DNA of 57,506 nucleotides from a virus (taxonomy: Duplodnaviria; Caudoviricetes): the IMG/VR virus record IMGVR_UViG_3300001336_000007, positions 1 to 57,506 of that record; one strand, written 5' to 3'. A program made the translations under genes and the position numbers. The notes beneath the pieces are model-generated. The model worked only from the letters and a program-made list of their open reading frames with translations, was not told the DNA's origin and made no database searches. This document shows, piece by piece, positions 52,532 to 57,506 of this stretch (the first letter of the stretch is position 1; every line of letters begins with the position of its first letter).

Positions 52532-53566
52532 ATGAAACGATACGGCAATCTTTTTGAGCGTGCATTCACAAGGGAGGCACTGCTTGACGCGTACCACGAT
52601 GCGGCAAAGAGCAAGCGGGGCAAGCGGGCCTGTTTTAGCTTTGAGCGCAACCTCGGCTCGCAACTGTCGGCATTGTATACAGAGCTGCAGTCAGGAGTAT
52701 ACAAGCCGCGTCCATACTTTACCTTTACTGTCCTCCATCCTAAACCACGGCTGATACATGCTCCGGCTTTTCGCGACTGCGTGGTGCAACATGCCATTTA
52801 CCGGGTGATCTCACCGATATTTCAGCGGACGTTTATCGACCAGTCATTTGCCTGCCGGGTTGGTTTCGGCACCCATAAGGCCGCTGACTATGCCCAGCGG
52901 GCGCTGCAGTTAAGCCCGGAAGGAAGCTACACCCTGCAGTTGGATATCCGTAAATTTTTCTATCGTATCGACCGGGGCATACTGCGGGGCCTGGTGGAGC
53001 GCAAGATAAAAGATCGGCGGTTTGTGGACTTGATGATGGCCTTTGCCGAGCATGGCGAGCCTCTCGGGATTCCGATCGGCAATCTGCTGTCACAGATTTA
53101 TGCGCTGATCTATCTCGACCCCCTTGACCACTTTATCAAACGCGAGCTGCAGGTTGAGCGGTATTGCCGGTACGTTGACGATTTTGTGCTTTTTGGTATT
53201 ACGCGGGAGCTGGCTGTTGAGTACCGCAAAAAAATCATTTCTTTTATTGCCGAAAAACTTAACCTCGAGTTATCGCGGTCGACCATCGCCAAGACCAGAC
53301 GAGGGCTGAACTTTGTTGGCTATCGCGCATGGGCGTCGAAACGCTTTATTCGCAGGCGCAGTCTTTACAATCACCGGCAGGCGGTGAAGCGGGGCAACCT
53401 TGCTGCCGTTATTTCCATCATAGGCCATGCCGGGAAAACGCACACAATGAAACATCTTATCAATTACACGAGAAGGAATAATCATGGGATCTATAGTCAG
53501 CTACCAAAAAAGTACCGATCAATACAGCACCTACACCCTCAGAGAACCGGACGATATGCAGGATGA
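52532..53566 (+). CDS. DGR reverse transcriptase
   Basis: KPRLIHAPAFRDCVVQHA, LDIRKFF, GIPIGNLLSQ (DGR-type), RYVDD, FVGY. Confidence 0.97.
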   Translation: MKRYGNLFERAFTREALLDAYHDAAKSKRGKRACFSFERNLGSQLSALYTELQSGVYKPRPYFTFTVLHPKPRLIHAPAFRDCVVQHAIYRVISPIFQRTFIDQSFACRVGFGTHKAADYAQRALQLSPEGSYTLQLDIRKFFYRIDRGILRGLVERKIKDRRFVDLMMAFAEHGEPLGIPIGNLLSQIYALIYLDPLDHFIKRELQVERYCRYVDDFVLFGITRELAVEYRKKIISFIAEKLNLELSRSTIAKTRRGLNFVGYRAWASKRFIRRRSLYNHRQAVKRGNLAAVISIIGHAGKTHTMKHLINYTRRNNHGIYSQLPKKYRSIQHLHPQRTGRYAG

Positions 53567-53939
53567 CACCCCGAGATGCACCGAACTCTGCACCCTGGAC
53601 GATATTACCTATGTGTATGTCCCTGATGGCGCTGTCTTGCCCGAACAACCTGAGCAGATAGCCGCCAGTGTGCAGGTGGTAGAGTTGACACCTGACCTAC
53701 GCGACAGAATCAAACTGGCATCGCCGCATGTGTCGCTGATCAGCCAAAGGATGGTGGAAACTATCCGGTCCATGTATTCGATCGACGACGAGATGTATTT
53801 CGCTCGTATTGGCGTGGGTGCGGCGACAGGCATGTATGTCCCTGAACCTGGGGAGATGGACGAGATGGCGCAGTTTGGCAGCTTTGTCGAAGGGGTGCGG
53901 CAGTGGGGCCGGGATGCACGGGCGAAGTTGGGGCTATAG
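53484..53939 (+). CDS. Protein downstream of the DGR RT (possible fibre chaperone)
   Basis: AAGGA RBS; ELCTLDDITYVYVP, IRSMYSIDDE, GRDARAKLGL; overlaps the RT 3' end by 83 nt. Confidence 0.7.
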   Translation: MGSIVSYQKSTDQYSTYTLREPDDMQDDTPRCTELCTLDDITYVYVPDGAVLPEQPEQIAASVQVVELTPDLRDRIKLASPHVSLISQRMVETIRSMYSIDDEMYFARIGVGAATGMYVPEPGEMDEMAQFGSFVEGVRQWGRDARAKLGL

Positions 53940-53956
53940 TGAATGGAGGGGTATAG

Positions 53957-54124
53957 ATGACACCGGTTGAACGAGTGGAGCGCATGTTATCAATGGAGTG
54001 TGTTAAAGAAAAAGACGATGCCGGGATTTTTATTCCGGCGGCTATGGATTCGGTAATTAAGCGAAAAGCATATGAAGAGTGCTTGAGGGTGATGAAAAGA
54101 AAGGAGGAAAATGGACCACTTTGA
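53957..54124 (+). CDS. Small hypothetical protein (55 aa)
   Basis: GGAGGGG RBS; MTPVERVERMLSMEC...KRKAYEECLRVM. Confidence 0.5.
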   Translation: MTPVERVERMLSMECVKEKDDAGIFIPAAMDSVIKRKAYEECLRVMKRKEENGPL

Positions 54125-54650
54125 GACGGCATTTCTTGCAACCATGGAGCATGAGGGATTCGGCAAACTCACGGACAACAAAGTTGATCCAGGCAGGCAG
54201 ACGTATTCCGGCATATCGCGCGTCTACTGGCCAGATTGGGCAGGATGGGATTTTATCATTAGAGGGGAGCATCCGCCCGCTAAAGTTATCGAGTCGTTTT
54301 ACCGGGTGAATTTCTGGAATCGTATTCAGGGGAATCGGCTGGCGGAAATATCACCAGGGGTGGCCTACGAGATATTTGATACCTCGGTCAATGTCGGGGT
54401 GACGGGCGCCGTAAAGTTTCTTCAGACAGCCTACAATATTGCCCGGGGAACCTATGACGATGATCTTCTTGTTGATGGCAAGTTAGGTCAAAGGACAATC
54501 TCGGCGCTTGATCGGTATATGTCGTCACGTCCTGGCAGCAAAGAACTAAACGAAGAGATCCTGCTTAATTGCATGAACGGCGAGCAGTATATTTTTTATA
54601 AAGGCAACCCGAAACACAAGGTTTTTCGGGGATGGTTTACGCGGGTATGA
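54111..54650 (+). CDS. Endolysin, glycoside hydrolase family 108
   Basis: HEG...DPGRQTYSGIS, FDTSVNVG, VDGKLGQRT, FRGWFTRV. Confidence 0.9.
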   Translation: MDHFETAFLATMEHEGFGKLTDNKVDPGRQTYSGISRVYWPDWAGWDFIIRGEHPPAKVIESFYRVNFWNRIQGNRLAEISPGVAYEIFDTSVNVGVTGAVKFLQTAYNIARGTYDDDLLVDGKLGQRTISALDRYMSSRPGSKELNEEILLNCMNGEQYIFYKGNPKHKVFRGWFTRV

Positions 54651-54829
54651 GCAAGACAAAGCAGAATATAGCCAAGAGCGCAAGGGGCGACGGTGCGGAA
54701 TTATGGTCACGCCGGCCATTGTCCGGTTGGCCTGTATGCTCGGAAAGCAAAAGGCTGTGTCGAAGGATCGAGCGGCGGCGGAAGTGGCGGGATATTATGC
54801 GGGAGTTTCGGTTTTGGGGGATGGCTTAA
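54647..54829 (+). CDS. Small basic hypothetical protein
   Basis: ATGA overlap with the endolysin; ELWSRRP motif. Confidence 0.45.
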   Translation: MSKTKQNIAKSARGDGAELWSRRPLSGWPVCSESKRLCRRIERRRKWRDIMREFRFWGMA

Positions 54830-54874
54830 AAAAAAACAGCCGCAACAATCCGCAAGCTATCGGCATTGTGACGA

Positions 54875-54912
54875 AAAATCCCCCGCAACATATTAATATT
54901 ACGGGGGATTTT
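54875..54912. terminator. Bidirectional terminator beside attP
   Basis: AAAATCCCCCG...CGGGGGATTTT. Confidence 0.75.
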
Positions 54913-54917
54913 AATCG

Positions 54918-54934
54918 TGGCGGAGAGGGTGAGA
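54918..54934 (-). mobile_element. attP: attP core matching a tRNA(Ser)-type 3' end
   Basis: Minus strand reads TCTCACCCTCTCCGCCA (ends in CCA), just downstream of the integrase. Confidence 0.75.
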
Positions 54935-55015
54935 GTCAAACAACCGCTAGTAAGTATTTGATATTATTGCAATTCGTGTTTTCAAAATTGCTTATTTTTT
55001 GCCTTGAAACGTCAC

Positions 55016-56131
55016 CTATACGCAATTATTCCCGCCGTTACGCACGTCTTTATAAACTATACTTTTCTGCTCGTCAAGAGCATTTATCGAGCCCTGATTT
55101 TCTGACGGCATATAATGCGTATATTGGCTCAAGGTGATAGCCGAGGAAGAGTGACCAAGAAGCCTGCTCACGTAAGCAAGAGGCACTCCCCTGGAAAGCA
55201 GGATTGATGCCGTGGTGTGTCGGATATCATGGACCGTGCGTGATGGTATGCCGACCCGTTTACAAGCCATGGTGAGCTTCCTACGCAACGTATTCTGACT
55301 GAGTAACATTCCTTTTTCATGGAAGACGTGTTTTTGAGAGATCCCGAGCTTGAAACAAATCTCCTTGTCCGTCTTCTTCAGGCCGGCAAGTATTGAAAGA
55401 AGTTTATCGGAAACATCTATGGTCCGGTTGACATGGGTTTTGGTGCTCTTGGTAACATGCTGGTCCTTGGCTGTCTTGCAGATATAGATGGTCTTGTTTA
55501 TGAAATTGACATCGTTCCATTCAAGAGCACACAACTCCCCAACCCTTGCCCCTGTCTGAAATGCTGTTTCGAAGAAATCACGATAAGCCACTACCTGCAG
55601 GACAGCGGCAAATTCTGCAGCACTGAAAGGGGTAATCTCCTTGTTGTCCTTAATCATATCCATTTTGCGTAACAGCCTGGTAGTTGGCACGACAGTTATC
55701 AACTCGTCATCCAGTGCATGACCGAAGATCCCAGAGGCGACGGTGTGTATCAGGCCGATACTCGCCTTACTGGCTCCTGCCTTGTAGTGTTTCATCAACA
55801 GATCCCGCACATCGCCGCGAGTGATCTTGTCAATCGGTATACCGGACAAGCCCTTAAGTTTTACATTAACTATCCCGGCATATCTGCTTAATGTTCCGAT
55901 GCTACGGCTTGCGGCGACAAACTCCAGCCATTCCTTTGCAACCTGGCCGAACGTCGGGGCGGTGGGCGCGTCAAGTAAGCCGAGCTTGTCTTCAGCGAGT
56001 TTTATTTCTGCTTTCAGTGCCGCCTTGTTCGCTGCAGACTTTGTGCCGATAGATACAGTTTTGCGACGTCCCTTGTGGTCGATTCGCAACCCCCATACGC
56101 CGGGGGAAATTTCCCTTACTTTTACGCCCAT
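55016..56131 (-). CDS. int: Tyrosine integrase
   Basis: TGARVGELCALEW, HDIRHTTAS, LLGHSS, QYTH. Confidence 0.95.
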   Translation of the reverse strand: MGVKVREISPGVWGLRIDHKGRRKTVSIGTKSAANKAALKAEIKLAEDKLGLLDAPTAPTFGQVAKEWLEFVAASRSIGTLSRYAGIVNVKLKGLSGIPIDKITRGDVRDLLMKHYKAGASKASIGLIHTVASGIFGHALDDELITVVPTTRLLRKMDMIKDNKEITPFSAAEFAAVLQVVAYRDFFETAFQTGARVGELCALEWNDVNFINKTIYICKTAKDQHVTKSTKTHVNRTIDVSDKLLSILAGLKKTDKEICFKLGISQKHVFHEKGMLLSQNTLRRKLTMACKRVGIPSRTVHDIRHTTASILLSRGVPLAYVSRLLGHSSSAITLSQYTHYMPSENQGSINALDEQKSIVYKDVRNGGNNCV

Positions 56132-56133
56132 AA

Positions 56134-56925
56134 TTACACCTCCTCGTCGCGAACACTTGTAATCAAGACAATAAAATAATTCATCTCGTTTAAGCGCACA
56201 TGCGAGACGCTGATTTTGTATCTGATACCGCGTATTGTCCTATATCCAGTCGTCGGGTTTGTGTTTTTGTTGGCGATATGAGCCGGGCACTCGTCTTTCG
56301 ACTCGCATCCTCCACCTATGCACAGGGCACATATATCCTTCCCGGATATGTCGCCCCCCATGACGATACTCAGTTCGTTCTGATAGATTACCGACCCCTC
56401 CCGGATAATCAGCGCGGGTACTGGGAGCATCCCAAACATTTCCCTCCAGAACAGCAACCTGTCTTCGGTTTTCTGCGTAGCACAAACGAGCCGGCCTACG
56501 GATGTCATTACGTCGAGGTAGCTCCCCTGTTCTTCTACTGTGCTTTTTTCTGGGGTGTAGGCTTTGTCCTTCTTCTTTGGTGGCTGTTCTTTGTCTATAG
56601 GGATACCCTCAACTATACTGCGACCAATGCCAATAAACTCCATGTAGTTGCAATCGTAGCATTTTGCGATAGCCTGCTGCAAATCAGAAGACGCCCTTGT
56701 TTCTTGACCTCTTTTGTTCGTCCTTGCCTTGTATACAGCATTGAGGTGGCCTTTCGTACACTTCACCCCTGGGGCTTCTTCTTTGATTTTATCCACAAGC
56801 TCAATCTGCGTGTATTGTTTCTTCTTCACCTTATGCTGGAACGCAGCAAGCCAATAAATATAAGCATCTTCCATCGTTATCCCCTTTGTTGTCACAGCAA
56901 CGTCAACCAAAGTACCGTCAACCAT
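56134..56925 (-). CDS. Putative CI-like repressor: XRE-like HTH plus C-terminal Cys-rich PAS-like domain
   Basis: YTQIELVDKI...KGHLNAVYK...LQQAIAKCY HTH-like; MFGMLPVPALIIREGSVIYQN PAS start; divergent from cro; co-transcribed with int. Confidence 0.65.
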   Translation of the reverse strand: MVDGTLVDVAVTTKGITMEDAYIYWLAAFQHKVKKKQYTQIELVDKIKEEAPGVKCTKGHLNAVYKARTNKRGQETRASSDLQQAIAKCYDCNYMEFIGIGRSIVEGIPIDKEQPPKKKDKAYTPEKSTVEEQGSYLDVMTSVGRLVCATQKTEDRLLFWREMFGMLPVPALIIREGSVIYQNELSIVMGGDISGKDICALCIGGGCESKDECPAHIANKNTNPTTGYRTIRGIRYKISVSHVRLNEMNYFIVLITSVRDEEV

Positions 56926-56994
56926 ATTAACCTCCATTCATAGTCGTTTTTGGGGGAAACATAAACACTATTGTCACAAACAATCGTTATTAAT

Positions 56995-57165
56995 AATAGC
57001 GAATATTACGCTATTGTCAATATTTATTTTACTGTATAAAAACGGCGCTAAATTAGCTTTTTATACTTTAAATAGTGAACTAATCGCTACTTAACCTTGT
57101 ATTTATTGAGAAAATAGCGAAATAAATGCTTGCCTAGTAGCGAATAAAACGATATAAAGTTAGCG
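56995..57165. promoter_or_regulatory. Lysis/lysogeny switch with repeated operators
   Basis: AATAGCG-N7-CGCTATT (56995-57015) with variants at 57071, 57113, 57136 and a half site at 57159; AT-rich. Confidence 0.7.
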
Positions 57166-57203
57166 AAATAGCATTAATCAACAATCACTACCGAGGAAAA
57201 AAA

Positions 57204-57458
57204 ATGACGAAATCAGAAAAACAAGCACTGCTTATCGGGTCTATAACAATGAAAGCATTGTGCAGGGTGAAGAAGTGGAACTACGCACATTTCCAAAAAG
57301 TTATGACGGGCAAGACCCCTTGCGGCAGAAGTAAAGCAAGAACCTACCTGTCAGAGATTGGCGGCACCGAGTCAGACTGGATGTGCGGATGTGCGGAAAC
57401 GAAAGAGAAAATGTGGAGACAGTTTGTGTCAGATTTTACCAACCAAGCGGGGAATTGA
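57204..57458 (+). CDS. Cro-like small regulator
   Basis: GAGG RBS; ITMKALCRVKKWNYAHFQKVMTG HTH-like; first rightward gene. Confidence 0.6.
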   Translation: MTKSEKQALLIGSITMKALCRVKKWNYAHFQKVMTGKTPCGRSKARTYLSEIGGTESDWMCGCAETKEKMWRQFVSDFTNQAGN

Positions 57459-57506
57459 TATGGGAAGAGTAAGCCAAGAATCGAGGCTTGTTTAAGGAGA
57501 CATCAA
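57410..57506. repeat. Terminal 97-bp direct repeat (copy 2)
   Basis: Identical to 1-97. Confidence 0.95.

Noticed and set aside
54918-54945. Intact tRNA gene
   Set aside because: Only a 3' acceptor/T-arm fragment is present; no D or anticodon arm
54703-55137. 144-aa + strand ORF across attP
   Set aside because: Spans the terminator and att core and overlaps the integrase end; likely spurious

Overview
The window looks like one complete, circularly assembled temperate phage genome of about 57.4 kb: bases 1-97 equal 57410-57506, and the virion module has a BPP-1/N4-gp56-type podovirus layout. In order it carries an excisionase and early/recombination genes (RusA, putative ssDNA-binding protein, DUF5664 dNTP diphosphohydrolase, MBL hydrolase, HNH/AP2, split RecD2, radical SAM, primase-helicase); a minus-strand self-regulated accessory operon; terminase, portal, capsid and tail genes; ejection proteins ending in a 4690-aa DarB-like polyvalent protein; holins; a complete diversity-generating retroelement (target-VR, avd, TR, RT); a GH108 endolysin; an attP matching a tRNA-Ser 3' end; an integrase; and a repressor/cro switch. 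The most unusual signals are (1) protein-like genes overprinted in the +1 frame inside the giant gene, one TnpV-like and just upstream of the methyltransferase domain, (2) three promoter-leader hairpin-terminator units with covarying structure in front of the late operons, (3) a CI-position repressor with a Cys-rich PAS-like domain instead of an S24 protease, (4) an acr-aca-like operon, and (5) a DGR whose TR lies in an ORF coupled to RT. Family names come from motif recognition by eye; no searches were run.
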